Of a stretch of 64,000 nt of DNA, positions 43,964-54,109 are shown in pieces. Source of the DNA: an uncultured delta proteobacterium (GTDB taxonomy: Bacteria > Desulfobacterota > Binatia > UBA9968). The notes beneath the pieces are model-generated. The model was not told the DNA's origin. It worked only from the letters and a program-made list of their open reading frames with translations, and searched no databases. Positions within the stretch are counted from its first letter, which is position 1; every line of letters begins with the position of its first letter. Made by a program: the position numbers and the translations under genes. The stretch is taken from NCBI GenBank assembly GCA_963737905.1, contig CAVTUQ010000004.1, positions 64,001 through 128,000 of the forward strand, written 5' to 3'.

Positions 43964-45016
43964 TCAACGGATCTGAAAGATTTCCTTCCACGTTTTCTCG
44001 TACTTCGGAAACTCTCTGACATCGTCGATGGTCAGCATGTAAGGTGTCGTAGGCCGGGTTTTTTCCAGAGGTTCCACTTTGGGATGAGCAGGAGTTTCAC
44101 CCGCTTGAGCATAAACCTTCTGTCCTTCTTCACTGACGACCCAGCGAACCCAGAGTAGCGCGGCGTTGGGATGCGGGGCTCCCTTCATTACCATCACAGA
44201 GCCGCCGACTTCCCCCACACCTTCCGTCATTAGCGGTTGAATCGGGGCGCCTTTTTTCATGCGCGCAGGAAAATGGTGCGAGTAACAAGTGAAACAAATG
44301 GCGCGCTGGCCGGCCAGCAGAAACTCGGTCAGTTGCGAATGGCCCCGATGAAACTCCACTTGATTGGCGGCTATTTTTCTGAACAGATCGATCGCCTTTT
44401 CATCGCTATTGTATTTTCGTTTGGCAAATCCGACCAGCATCTGGTAATCGCGCGGCTCGCCCATGATGTTATCTTTCCATTTAGGGTTGGCGATTTCTTC
44501 ATAGGTTTTTGGCTCCTCGCCTTTCTTGACCAGATTCGTGTTCCATCCCGCAATATAGTATTGCGTATCCGTGGCGACCCAAAGGTCGCCTTTCAGCTGG
44601 GCCGGATATGCCGCTGCCTCGGGAATCACGACGTGCTCTACGATTTTCAGGTCCAGGATCTGCGGCAAGTAGGTCAGCGCTCCGCTTATGACGTCGGCAA
44701 TGACCCGGCCTCCCTTCTGCTCGGCGAGCACTCGCGCGATCAGCTTATCGCTCGTGGCGTCGATATGATCGACCGTAACGCCGGGAAAGCGCTTCATGAA
44801 CGCAGGCGGAATCACCGACATCGCGCTAGGGGATAGCGGCGCATAAAGCGTAATCTTTCCTTCCTTTTTTGCTTTCTCATAAAGTTGATCGAGTGAATCC
44901 GCTGCGGCCGCGAAAAGCTTGCCGGCAGGCGCGCCGCAGATAATGAGGGCCAAGGCGATGGTCGACACAAAGGTTGCGGATCCGATCGAACTCGATAAAT
45001 TTGCCTTGTGATTCAT
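43964..45016 (-). CDS. Extracellular solute-binding protein (AfuA/SBP_bac_6-like); paralog of 33664-34689
   Basis: AKKEGKITLY, GWNTNLV, NPKWK, PHPNAALLW, shared C-terminus W..IF.(L/I)R. Confidence 0.88.
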   Translation of the reverse strand: MNHKANLSSSIGSATFVSTIALALIICGAPAGKLFAAAADSLDQLYEKAKKEGKITLYAPLSPSAMSVIPPAFMKRFPGVTVDHIDATSDKLIARVLAEQKGGRVIADVISGALTYLPQILDLKIVEHVVIPEAAAYPAQLKGDLWVATDTQYYIAGWNTNLVKKGEEPKTYEEIANPKWKDNIMGEPRDYQMLVGFAKRKYNSDEKAIDLFRKIAANQVEFHRGHSQLTEFLLAGQRAICFTCYSHHFPARMKKGAPIQPLMTEGVGEVGGSVMVMKGAPHPNAALLWVRWVVSEEGQKVYAQAGETPAHPKVEPLEKTRPTTPYMLTIDDVREFPKYEKTWKEIFQIR

Positions 45017-45389
45017 TTCACTTCTCCGTGATTTTTGTTCCATGGTTCTGAGCCAATATCCGAGGAAAACTTTCCTTGCTTGCGGACACGTTTGTGAACC
45101 GGTCTCTGCAACTCCTCCATGTCGGAAAACACCGACGATGTCAAACCTTACGCCAGGCACCGAGACCACGCCACCACCATGCTATGGTCTTTCCGGCCTT
45201 AGCGGCTTGCTTTCATCTCTACCGCCGTCACGTGTTATATCAGTCGGAAGAAAAAATCCTCAAGACTCGCGGGCCGGCAACCGAACTCGCGCGCAAGCTT
45301 CTCGACTAAAAGGCGGCCCGTGAAAATCATGGAGGATGGGCGAGCTTCGGGCACGCCGTTCTATGCTGAGACTCAAAAAGCCGGTTGCC

Positions 45390-45824
45390 TTACCCCACGA
45401 GCGGATTGACGACGGTGAGTGTCGGAAAGCGGCTGAAGTCGCGATCGGAAGTCCACAACTCGCGGACGCCATGATCGCGGCAGACCGCGGCGATGCGAGC
45501 ATCATGGACTTGAGGACCACTGATGCGGCCGTGCTCAAGGAGGGAGCGAAGCTCCGGCCAGTAGCCTTCGGTCTCTGCCAACAGGACCAAACTCGGCGAC
45601 TCAAACCAGGCTTCGATTTGATCGATGGCGGCGGCGATCGGGGTGGGCGGCGAATAAATACGCGGGTGAGTTACGATGGCAAGAAATTCATGTATACAGG
45701 GCCACGGGATCGCCCAAGGAGACTTCGCTTCAGCGAGTTCCGTGATCTTGGTCAGGGCCGCATCATGCCACGGCGAGTCCTCGCGATGAGCGTAGACGAG
45801 CAAATTGGTATCGACGGCGATCAT
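45390..45824 (-). CDS. vapC: VapC (PIN) toxin
   Basis: IAVDTNLLVYA, HEFLAIVT, HDARIAA, SDRDF. Confidence 0.93.
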   Translation of the reverse strand: MIAVDTNLLVYAHREDSPWHDAALTKITELAEAKSPWAIPWPCIHEFLAIVTHPRIYSPPTPIAAAIDQIEAWFESPSLVLLAETEGYWPELRSLLEHGRISGPQVHDARIAAVCRDHGVRELWTSDRDFSRFPTLTVVNPLVG

Positions 45825-46066
45825 CCGCCCCTTCCCTGGTAAATCGCTTCACGAATTCGTTCCCACGTTGCATCTTGCACCCCGGGCTGAAGCCCCTTGC
45901 CCTTGAACGCCGCCTTCCGGAGCCGAAACACACCGCGACTTTTTCGTTCCGCGACGATTCGCCTGAGACCCTGCTCGACGTATGCCCGAACCGTCGTCCC
46001 TTCCTTTGCGGCGAGTCTCTTGGCCTCGTCCAAAAGTGAATCTGATATCTCTATGGTTGTCTTCAT
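45821..46066 (-). CDS. VapB-type antitoxin
   Basis: MKTTIEISDSLLDEAKRLA; ATGA overlap with vapC. Confidence 0.88.
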   Translation of the reverse strand: MKTTIEISDSLLDEAKRLAAKEGTTVRAYVEQGLRRIVAERKSRGVFRLRKAAFKGKGLQPGVQDATWERIREAIYQGRGG

Positions 46067-46360
46067 ATGGGTATATGTATCATTGTATATGGCTGTACAT
46101 CAAGTCGGCAGGCGCGTAGGAGCGGCACAGGTCAGGCCGACGCGGTTGACCGAGAGTTGCGACTCCGTATAAGTTACACGTTAGCGGCGGATCAGATCGA
46201 GAGGTGCTGGTGAGAAATCAGTGGACACGAACGGGGCGAATAATTGCGTTCCTCGTTCGGGGTAACGCTGAGATTCTAAGGGCGATTGGCGACCGTTTGT
46301 CGAGCTGATTGAGAGGGCTCGTAAGTGGGGATGCTCTTGACAACGAAGATCGGAGGCAAT

Positions 46361-46915
46361 ATGGGCAGCGAACAAAGAGGACCTGAAGTCGGAGAGCGTG
46401 CTCCGGAGTTTTTCGTCAAGGTGGGGAGCGACAGATTGGCATTGAGCCAACTCGCAGCCCGTCATGACAAGCTGGTTCTCACGAGCCAAGACAGCTATCG
46501 GTATCACCCCAACTGAGCCGCCAGTGTCGCTGCTTCGTTGAAGCAGGACTACGCGAAGATCGTTCGGGCCGGCGCTGAGTTGGTCATGATCTCGCCGGAT
46601 TCTCGGGAACAACACCACCAATACGCGTTTACACTTTTCGGCGAGGAGCTGCCTTACCTTTTCGTTTCAGATGGAGATTTCGAAATCGCGCGGTGCTACG
46701 GTCTGATCCGCCAAGAGGAACATCCCCACGGCGGCTTCTATGATCGCTCGCTCTGGATCTTGGATCCCGACGGCGTAATCACCCATAAGAGTCTTCCCTG
46801 GACAGGGAACGCCAGCATCAAAGAGTATCAAAAGTTGTTCAGCCTGATCGGCAGCGATCCGGGAGAATGGCGGGCCACCTGCGGCGTTCGGTTTGAAAGG
46901 GGCCACACTGAGTGA
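46361..46915 (+). CDS. Divergent peroxiredoxin/AhpC-TSA fold protein, predicted selenoprotein (Sec at TGA 46514-46516)
   Basis: GGAGG RBS; VGERAPEF...YHPN-TGA-AASVAASLKQDY...VMISPD...FVSD...RSLWILDPDG. ORF 46538-46915 is in frame. Hairpin at 46526-46549. Confidence 0.8.
46526..46549 (+). promoter_or_regulatory. Putative bacterial SECIS element
   Basis: GTC-g-CTGCTTC-GTT-GAAGCAG-GAC: perfect 7-bp upper stem; loop starts 20 nt after UGA. Confidence 0.72.
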
Positions 46916-47080
46916 AGGGTAAACGGCCGAGGATCATGTCTACCTGCACGTAGCTAAGAAGACCAAATCAAGACTAGCATTTGACGGCAACGCTGACGCG
47001 CCGACGAACCGTAGCCCCGAGCTACCCATTGTCAGAAAATCCGACCCTAACTAATAGGACTCCCTCGCGCGCCTTTGCGT

Positions 47081-48325
47081 TTATTGCCGTGCGACGATGC
47101 GGCTCGGCGTTACCAAAATAATCCGGTTCGTACTCGTTTGATGGATCAGCAGGTTCCCGTCCCGCGTCGGCCTCATGTGCCTCAAGATGCCGCCGTAAAT
47201 TCCTCCAGAGGGGATGGCCCAGCTCTGGAATCGCTCCGTTTTAGGATCGAAACGGACGAGCGCATCCGGCCTCTGCCCGGACTCATTGTACCAAACGATA
47301 CCGTCCACGACCGCGATGGCGTAGGGATGGGATTTTGGCCCGCTGGGAGAAGGCCATTCCTTGATATCGCCCGTTTTCGGATCCAACCGGCCCAGACGCC
47401 CCATACCGGAATTGACATACCAGATCATACCGTCCTTCGCGATATCAAGGCGCCGCACCGTTGTCTTGGCATCGGGCAAGGGGTATTCCCGGATTGCCAT
47501 CGTGTCGGGATCAACTTTCAGCAGACAGTTGCCGCCGTTGCAGGCGACCCACAGGCTGCCGTCGGAGCTCACCTTGATCCCGTATGGCCGCGAATTTGGC
47601 CTCGCCACCTTTACCAGCTTGATATCGCCTGTCGCCGGGATCAAGCGGCCCACCATGTTGCTTACCTGCAAGGTGAACCACAGCGTCCCCTTCTTGTCGA
47701 AGACCGCAGTGTGTGGATCGCGGGCGGCGGGGTCGGGCATTTTGTACTCGGTGATCCTCCCGGTGCGCGGATCGAGTTTGCCGATCGTCCCGTTGCTGTT
47801 CCCCGTGTACCAGATGTTCCCTTCCTGGTCGGGAGTCACGGTGTGGGGCTTGGCGTTTTCCGGCAAGGAGTATTCCCAGACTTCGCCCGTTTCGGGATTG
47901 AGCCGTCCGACGAGGTTACCCCACATCCCAGCCCACCAGATTGACCCATCCGGCGCCTCGACGGGATCGCGGGCCCGTTGCCCGAGCGTCGGAACTTTCC
48001 ATTCCCGAAATGTTATCGATGTCTCGCCGGGCACCAGATTGGGCTTTAGTTGGGTTCCCGCGGGAAAATGCGTCGCCAGATATTTGGTTATCGTCTCGCC
48101 GGCCGCGTTGCCGGACAAATTCACCATCGACTGGATCAATTCCTGCCAGCCTTCACGGCTGTATCCGGAACTTCTCGTAATCAGGTTGGTCTCGTGACAT
48201 GCAGTGCAGAGGTTTTGGACTAGCTGCTTACCCTCGCCATCGGGCAATTGTTGACCCTGCGCCGTGATGGGGCCGATCATAAACAAAAACGCTCCCGCCA
48301 ATAATACGGTTAATGCTCTGTTCAT
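47081..48325 (-). CDS. Cytochrome c - Vgb-lyase-like beta-propeller protein
   Basis: Signal peptide, CTACH heme motif, seven repeats of P..dG.iW......igrldP.tG. Confidence 0.85.
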   Translation of the reverse strand: MNRALTVLLAGAFLFMIGPITAQGQQLPDGEGKQLVQNLCTACHETNLITRSSGYSREGWQELIQSMVNLSGNAAGETITKYLATHFPAGTQLKPNLVPGETSITFREWKVPTLGQRARDPVEAPDGSIWWAGMWGNLVGRLNPETGEVWEYSLPENAKPHTVTPDQEGNIWYTGNSNGTIGKLDPRTGRITEYKMPDPAARDPHTAVFDKKGTLWFTLQVSNMVGRLIPATGDIKLVKVARPNSRPYGIKVSSDGSLWVACNGGNCLLKVDPDTMAIREYPLPDAKTTVRRLDIAKDGMIWYVNSGMGRLGRLDPKTGDIKEWPSPSGPKSHPYAIAVVDGIVWYNESGQRPDALVRFDPKTERFQSWAIPSGGIYGGILRHMRPTRDGNLLIHQTSTNRIILVTPSRIVARQ

Positions 48326-48515
48326 GGCTTCCTCCACAGCTAAATTAAAGATACTTCACTCTACACCTGTACGGTCTGAGTATACAAAGGATACCAATGG
48401 GGTGACCGAAGCTCCGGCCAGTGTCTTCGGTATCTGCTCGGCGAGTTAAACCGGCGAGCGAACCGGACCAAGAGGCTCTTAACTTCCAAACGCATCGTTG
48501 TGAAAGGAGTCGCAA

Positions 48516-49557
48516 CTAACCAACCTCAACGGTTTCCCGGGGAGCGACTGTAGGCACGGCCTGCCCGCGGTAAGCTAACGGCGTCGAGCCGGTCCAACGT
48601 TTAAAGGCACGGTTGAAAGCGCTAGCCTCGGAATAACCCAACAGAAAGGCTATCTCCGTAAGCGTGTGACTGCGGTTTCCGAGATAGCTCAGCGCGAATC
48701 GCCGGCGGGTATCGGCGACGAGTTTCTTAAAATCCATTCCTCGCTGCTTCAGTTGCCGCTGCAGCGTGCGCGGACTCATCGCCATTTTCTTTGCCACCCG
48801 TGTGAGATTCGGGTGTCCTTCCCTCATCGACTCGGCAACTGCTCTTCGAGCGGACGCGAGCACTTCGTCTTCTTGCGGCATCTCTTCCAGGACCCGTTCA
48901 AGGTATCGCCTCATGATCTCGTAAAGCCGTTCGTCAGCGGCGGGTACCTGCCGCTCGAGAAACTCACGCTCGATAACAAAAGCATTGGTGGAATAGCCGA
49001 ACAGAACGGGCGCGCGAAAAATTCGCTGGTGCTCTGAGATCTGCTCCGGGGCCGCGTGCGCAAAACGGACCTCGAGCGGTGCCCACTGGCTTCCCACCAT
49101 CATCCGAATCGTGTTAAGCCTGATCGCCATACTGTACTCGTTTTCTTGGCGCGGGACATCGATTCCTAAATCCTGAGAGAACGTATTGAAGGTAGGCTCG
49201 CTGTTCATCAACGGTAAAGAACACCTTGGCCGCCTGGTTATAGAGTTTCAAGTATCTTGCTACGTGGCCATCCGCAACCGCGATGGTGGGGGAATTCAAG
49301 ACGACATAGGTCAACGGACCGATATTTTTGAGATTGAAACGCTCGCCAAAGTGTAACCCAAAGCAAGCATCGCCTGTCGCCCGGGCAGCTTCCTCTAGAA
49401 TCCGCGCAAACGTGGAACAAGGGATAAAGCTTTCCGCGTTAGACAGAACCGCGCGATCCAAGCCCAGTACGCGCAGGACCTGATCAGGGTTCGCACCTGC
49501 GCTATCAATGGCCTCGAGTAGGCCAGTAGCCGCGGCCACTGAGATCATCGGCCTCAT
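48516..49557 (-). CDS. AraC family transcriptional regulator, frameshift near 49180
   Basis: N-terminal FGLHFG binding domain; C-terminal SPRTLQRQL and IAFLLGYSEASAFNRAFKRWTG. Confidence 0.9.
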
Positions 49558-49706
49558 GCGCGGTCAGTCTTTCTTAGTTTTGCCGCTTAGGGCTGCAAAA
49601 AATTGTATCGTAACGGCACGAATCAGGCTTGCTCCAAGCGATGCGGTCGCACGACAACTTCGATCAAACGGCCCGCCGACACCAAGATTTAGTGTGCGCG
49701 CTTATC

Positions 49707-50792
49707 TCAGTTCGCTTTCCGGCCAGCCGGCGCCGAGACCGGACGATCTAGTTGGAAATACTCTTTCCCGTTATGATAAGCGATCTTCTCCTTGGTCTTC
49801 CGGGAAAGATCCGGATGATTCCACAGGTACTTCAAGTTCTTGGGGAACTCACCGTCCCAGTGAGGAATATCGGACGCGTAGAGAAAGTGGTCGTCGCCGA
49901 CATACTCGATGGTCTGAGGCAGGAGTCGCTCCTCGGCCTCGAGACTAAAATAAACGCGGGACTCACGCACCACCTCGCTGGGTTTTTTCTTTAGATGAGG
50001 CGCCTCGAACTCGCCCCGCAATTCCCAGTGCTCGTCCATGCGGTCCAGCCAGTAGGGGAGCCAGCTGGCGCCGATTTCAAGAAAGGCCAGGCGGAGCTTG
50101 GGGAAGCGCACCGGCACCCCCTGGAAAATCATGCTGGTGAAATGCAGAAAGATGCCGACCGGGAATGTGTAGCAGTGCACCTCGGCGAAGGTTCTGAGCG
50201 CGCCCGCGCCGACCTCGGCCGAAGAGCTGCGGTTGCCGTGGACGGAGAGCGGCACGTCGAGCCGCTGTGCCTCTTCATAGAGCGGGTCGTACATCGGATC
50301 GCCGAGCGCCGTGGGCAAACCCATGGAAAGCAGCTCGAAGCTCACCAGGCCCAATTCAGTAACGCCCCGGCGGAGCTCCTTGGCGGCCTCCTGCGGCCAT
50401 TTGAGTGGTAGCACGCCGACGCAGTGGATGCGGCCGGACAGCGCGTTGTACTCCTTGGCGAAGTGATCGTTGGCGGCGCGGCAAGCGGCGACGCAAAACT
50501 CCGGCTCGCGAAGCTTCGGGATATTGCCGGAGCCGGTAGGGAAGAGCACCGCCTCTTCGATGTTGTATTCGTCCATGATCTTGAGCCAGGTCTCGACCTG
50601 CTGCGCCGGACTCATGCCGCGATCGTAGCCGCGGTAGCCGAGGGTATCAAAAAGGTCCGTGTCGAAGGGCTGATCGGAGGGCCAGAGGCCCGTGTTGCGG
50701 CGGTTCCACGGTGGCTCCAAATATTTGCGGATGTCGCTTTGGCGTTCCAACACATGCCCATCGGCATCTATTACTGGCGGCCAGTCAGCCAT
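49707..50792 (-). CDS. Amidohydrolase_2 family protein
   Basis: IDADGHVLE, PLSVHG, LEIGASWLP, YASDIPHWD. Confidence 0.92.
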   Translation of the reverse strand: MADWPPVIDADGHVLERQSDIRKYLEPPWNRRNTGLWPSDQPFDTDLFDTLGYRGYDRGMSPAQQVETWLKIMDEYNIEEAVLFPTGSGNIPKLREPEFCVAACRAANDHFAKEYNALSGRIHCVGVLPLKWPQEAAKELRRGVTELGLVSFELLSMGLPTALGDPMYDPLYEEAQRLDVPLSVHGNRSSSAEVGAGALRTFAEVHCYTFPVGIFLHFTSMIFQGVPVRFPKLRLAFLEIGASWLPYWLDRMDEHWELRGEFEAPHLKKKPSEVVRESRVYFSLEAEERLLPQTIEYVGDDHFLYASDIPHWDGEFPKNLKYLWNHPDLSRKTKEKIAYHNGKEYFQLDRPVSAPAGRKAN

Positions 50793-50928
50793 GTTCCTTC
50801 CTCCTTACAATTGTCTTTTGAGTTTACGGCGCCGATCCTATCACCACGCCAGGACGTGTCAACTGTTTAGGGTTCACGGTCGCAAAACCCTTGGGTCCGC
50901 TCAAGCGGTTCTGAAGGGTGCTCGCAGG

Positions 50929-51876
50929 TTATTCTGGATGGCTCCTCAGCCAGTCGATGTACTCTTCTACAGCCCGCTTGATGTCGTACTTTGGCCGGTA
51001 GCCCGCTTCTTCCTTGATCCGGGTGATATCCATGTAAGCATTCGGTCGGTATTGCGGATTACGCCCGGGTTGCAGACTGACCTGGGCATCGGGGACCGCC
51101 GCTTTCACTGCCGCGACAAACTCTCCGTACGTCATCGGCCTCTCGCTGCCGATGTTATAGATTCGGTGCGACAGTTTGTCAGCCATCTGGAGGAGCTGGA
51201 TTGCCGCGGCGCAGTCCTTGACATAAAAAGCGCCGGTATCGTCCTCTTCATACGGCGCACCGCGTCGCGCGCCGGTAAAATCGGTGGGCATCCCTTTGGC
51301 CGCCGCATGACATATTCGACTGGTGGGGGCGGCAAGGCTGTGGTAAAGCGGGCCGAACGGGTTACCGATGCGCAACGCCACCACCTCGAGATTCGTCCGG
51401 GAGGCGTAGTGGAGTCCGAGGATCTCCAGCGCCTTTTTGAATGTCTCGGTGGGATAGCCGGAGTGTACGGGCAAAAGCGCTTCTTCGCGGAACGGCCCTT
51501 CGGGGAGGCTCGCATAGACAGCGATGGAGCTGGCCAAGCTTACGCGCCTGACATCGAATAACCTGGCGGCCTCGAGGATATTTAAAAACCCCATCACGTT
51601 GACTCGGTAATCCTCTGCCGCGGATAAGACCCCCAGGCCGGGCACGGCGAGGTGGACGATGCCGTTGACCTTGCGCCTTCGCACTAGATCGATCACGTCG
51701 TGGCCGGCTGTGACATCCAGCGTCTCGATAAATGCGCGTTTGCCGATCTCGCTCTTGATGAAATCAGGCTGCCGCCGCATCTTATAATGGGTGAGCACCA
51801 CCTGCTCGCCGACATCCAGGAAGCGCCTGGCCGTGTGGAGGCCGATAAATCCCAGGCCACCGGTGATCAGAATCAC
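50929..51876 (-). CDS. NAD-dependent epimerase/dehydratase
   Basis: ILITGGLGFIG, VHLA, ASSIAVY. Confidence 0.9.
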   Translation of the reverse strand: MILITGGLGFIGLHTARRFLDVGEQVVLTHYKMRRQPDFIKSEIGKRAFIETLDVTAGHDVIDLVRRRKVNGIVHLAVPGLGVLSAAEDYRVNVMGFLNILEAARLFDVRRVSLASSIAVYASLPEGPFREEALLPVHSGYPTETFKKALEILGLHYASRTNLEVVALRIGNPFGPLYHSLAAPTSRICHAAAKGMPTDFTGARRGAPYEEDDTGAFYVKDCAAAIQLLQMADKLSHRIYNIGSERPMTYGEFVAAVKAAVPDAQVSLQPGRNPQYRPNAYMDITRIKEEAGYRPKYDIKRAVEEYIDWLRSHPE

Positions 51877-52118
51877 GCCGCCTCCTCGACCCGCATTTCA
51901 AACTCTGCGCCGGCTTTTTTGTCGTTCGTTCAACGTCCACACGACTGTGATCAATTCACATGTTTGCTCAATCGCGCAAATTGGCAACGGTGGAATTGCC
52001 TTCACGGTTTCTAGGTCGATTATGGTATGAGAAATTCTAATTCTCTCTAGCGCCTGCTAAACCCAACTCGGAAACTGGACTCTGCAGCGATCCGAACACA
52101 CAAAAGCAAGCGTCTCAT

Positions 52119-53789
52119 TTAGTCATGTTTGCCCAACGCCGACTTCTTAAACTCCGTCCTCATCTCCGATTGCAGTCGCCCCAAACGGTACTTTCGCCAA
52201 TCGATAAACCTGCCGACCTCCGCCAGCGCCGGATGGACTTCCTGGATCTTGCGCCACATCTCTTGGGCGATGAAACGATAATCCGGATGGCCTTGCGGCA
52301 TCGTGCGCAGCTCGCACAGGTGGACGGCTTCCCGCAGATTCATCTTCATATACCAGCGGATTTTGTAAGCAAACGGAACCACATACTGCGCTTCGCCAGG
52401 CAGGTCACAGTAAATTTCCTCGTAAAGTTTCGCCGACGCGTTCATGCATGCATCGAATTCGCGCTTGAAACCCGCTTCTTCGATTTCCCGCGGAGTGTCG
52501 TAGCCGTGCACTGTTGTGAAGGCTTGCCGCTCTTGGGTCAGGATCCGGTGGCGATGGAGGTCGCGATAGAGTCCGAGGTTGCCCAGAACGTCGAACGTAT
52601 AATACACGTTCTCAAAGGCCCGGCCCGGTTTATCGCGCCGATGCCGCCGCTGGCCGAAGTGTTCCTGCAAGATTTTTCGCCGTTCATTCGCATCCATGCG
52701 CAACGCCATCTCACGGAGCTGCTGGAGCGGCTGCCGCGCATGCGGATAAAGAAGACCGGCAATAACTTTTTCCTCCGCGTGCCGATCGTAGTCCACCAGC
52801 ACGACAGGCTCACTTAAATTTACCGAAACATCATTCAGTGTTTCACGGGCCAGGCTCCGCGCCGTTGCCAATATTCCGCTGAGGTAATCGTTCACCTGCG
52901 ACCGTTTCACGAATGACGGGATAAGTTGGTTCAGCTCACCGCGCAGCGCGCTACCGAGCTCCTTCGCTTCGGTCAGTTCATGCGAGTAAAACTTGCTGAT
53001 CAGATACTCGAACGCCTGGCCGACGCCGAACATGCCCACATTCGTCAGAGTCGCGGCAGGCAGATAACTGCGCAGCACGTCGCACGCATGGGCCCGCACG
53101 GTGGCGCGATAAGCGGTCTCAGCCCAACGGTGCAGGCGGTCGTTTTTCTTAGCGTCAGCGTACGGCAGTGCTTTGCCGGTGGTCGGGTCGCGTACCTCCA
53201 GCTGCTCGATGGGTAGCGCCTTGGCGATCGACGCTAACATCGGCTCCATCTGGCGCGAGTAAGTGTCAAAGAGCAGATTCATCACTTCGACGTAGGAGTC
53301 CCGGTGGCGCGAAGCCATGATCTTGGGCTCCTGGTAAAAAGGATAGTTGCCCGCCGCGTCCTTCTGATCGAAGCGGACGTAGCGCGTGGATTTTTCCAAA
53401 GGTGCGATGCCAATGCGCGCGTCTTCTAAAATTTTCGCTGCGACGTTGGAAATATTCTCGCAGGCGATATGCGCCCCGCCCAATTGTGCCACCGAATCAT
53501 CGCCATAGCCCACCAGCACACGGTCATAGAAGGCGCGGGCTTTTTTTAAGGCGGCGCTATCGTCGCCGGCCGAAGTCTGCCCTCCGAGTAGATCCTTCAG
53601 CCCCAGCTCGGGGTCGCCGAGAAATTCGTCGAAGAAGGTGCGCCGCAGACTCTTAGTCGAGCGGCTATAGCGGGAAAACAAAGCGCCGGCGACTTCCTGG
53701 GGTAATTTCAGGCCGAAAACGGATCGGTCGAGATTGGTAAAAAACGGGGCGAGCGCCATTTGCTCGTCGGCGGTGAACTCCTGACTCAT
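52119..53789 (-). CDS. thyX: FAD-dependent thymidylate synthase, two-domain type
   Basis: ALFSRYSRS, YGDDSVAQL, LEKSTRY, RDLHRHR, ELRT.PQGH..YR. Confidence 0.88.
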   Translation of the reverse strand: MSQEFTADEQMALAPFFTNLDRSVFGLKLPQEVAGALFSRYSRSTKSLRRTFFDEFLGDPELGLKDLLGGQTSAGDDSAALKKARAFYDRVLVGYGDDSVAQLGGAHIACENISNVAAKILEDARIGIAPLEKSTRYVRFDQKDAAGNYPFYQEPKIMASRHRDSYVEVMNLLFDTYSRQMEPMLASIAKALPIEQLEVRDPTTGKALPYADAKKNDRLHRWAETAYRATVRAHACDVLRSYLPAATLTNVGMFGVGQAFEYLISKFYSHELTEAKELGSALRGELNQLIPSFVKRSQVNDYLSGILATARSLARETLNDVSVNLSEPVVLVDYDRHAEEKVIAGLLYPHARQPLQQLREMALRMDANERRKILQEHFGQRRHRRDKPGRAFENVYYTFDVLGNLGLYRDLHRHRILTQERQAFTTVHGYDTPREIEEAGFKREFDACMNASAKLYEEIYCDLPGEAQYVVPFAYKIRWYMKMNLREAVHLCELRTMPQGHPDYRFIAQEMWRKIQEVHPALAEVGRFIDWRKYRLGRLQSEMRTEFKKSALGKHD

Positions 53790-54109
53790 TTTTGGATCAT
53801 CCTCGAAAAAACCGTGCCGCCATTCTAGTCAGTTCTGCGACAATAACAAGCCATCTCAGCGCGGCAGAGCCGCAACAAAACTCGGAATATCTCGCGCAAA
53901 GGCGCACTTTATCAGGTCGACCGAAGGGAGAAATCTTCTCCAGATCCCTCGCATTCGCTCGGGATGACGGACTATGTCTCGTCACTTGGCGTTCTTGGCG
54001 TCTTGGCGCGAGCAAATCCCTGTTTTGGGTACGCCACGGACCACTGGAAAGATTGCGCATGCTGCGGAAAGTCTAAACTAGAGACGAAGCTGCCAATGAC
54101 ATTCTTTTT

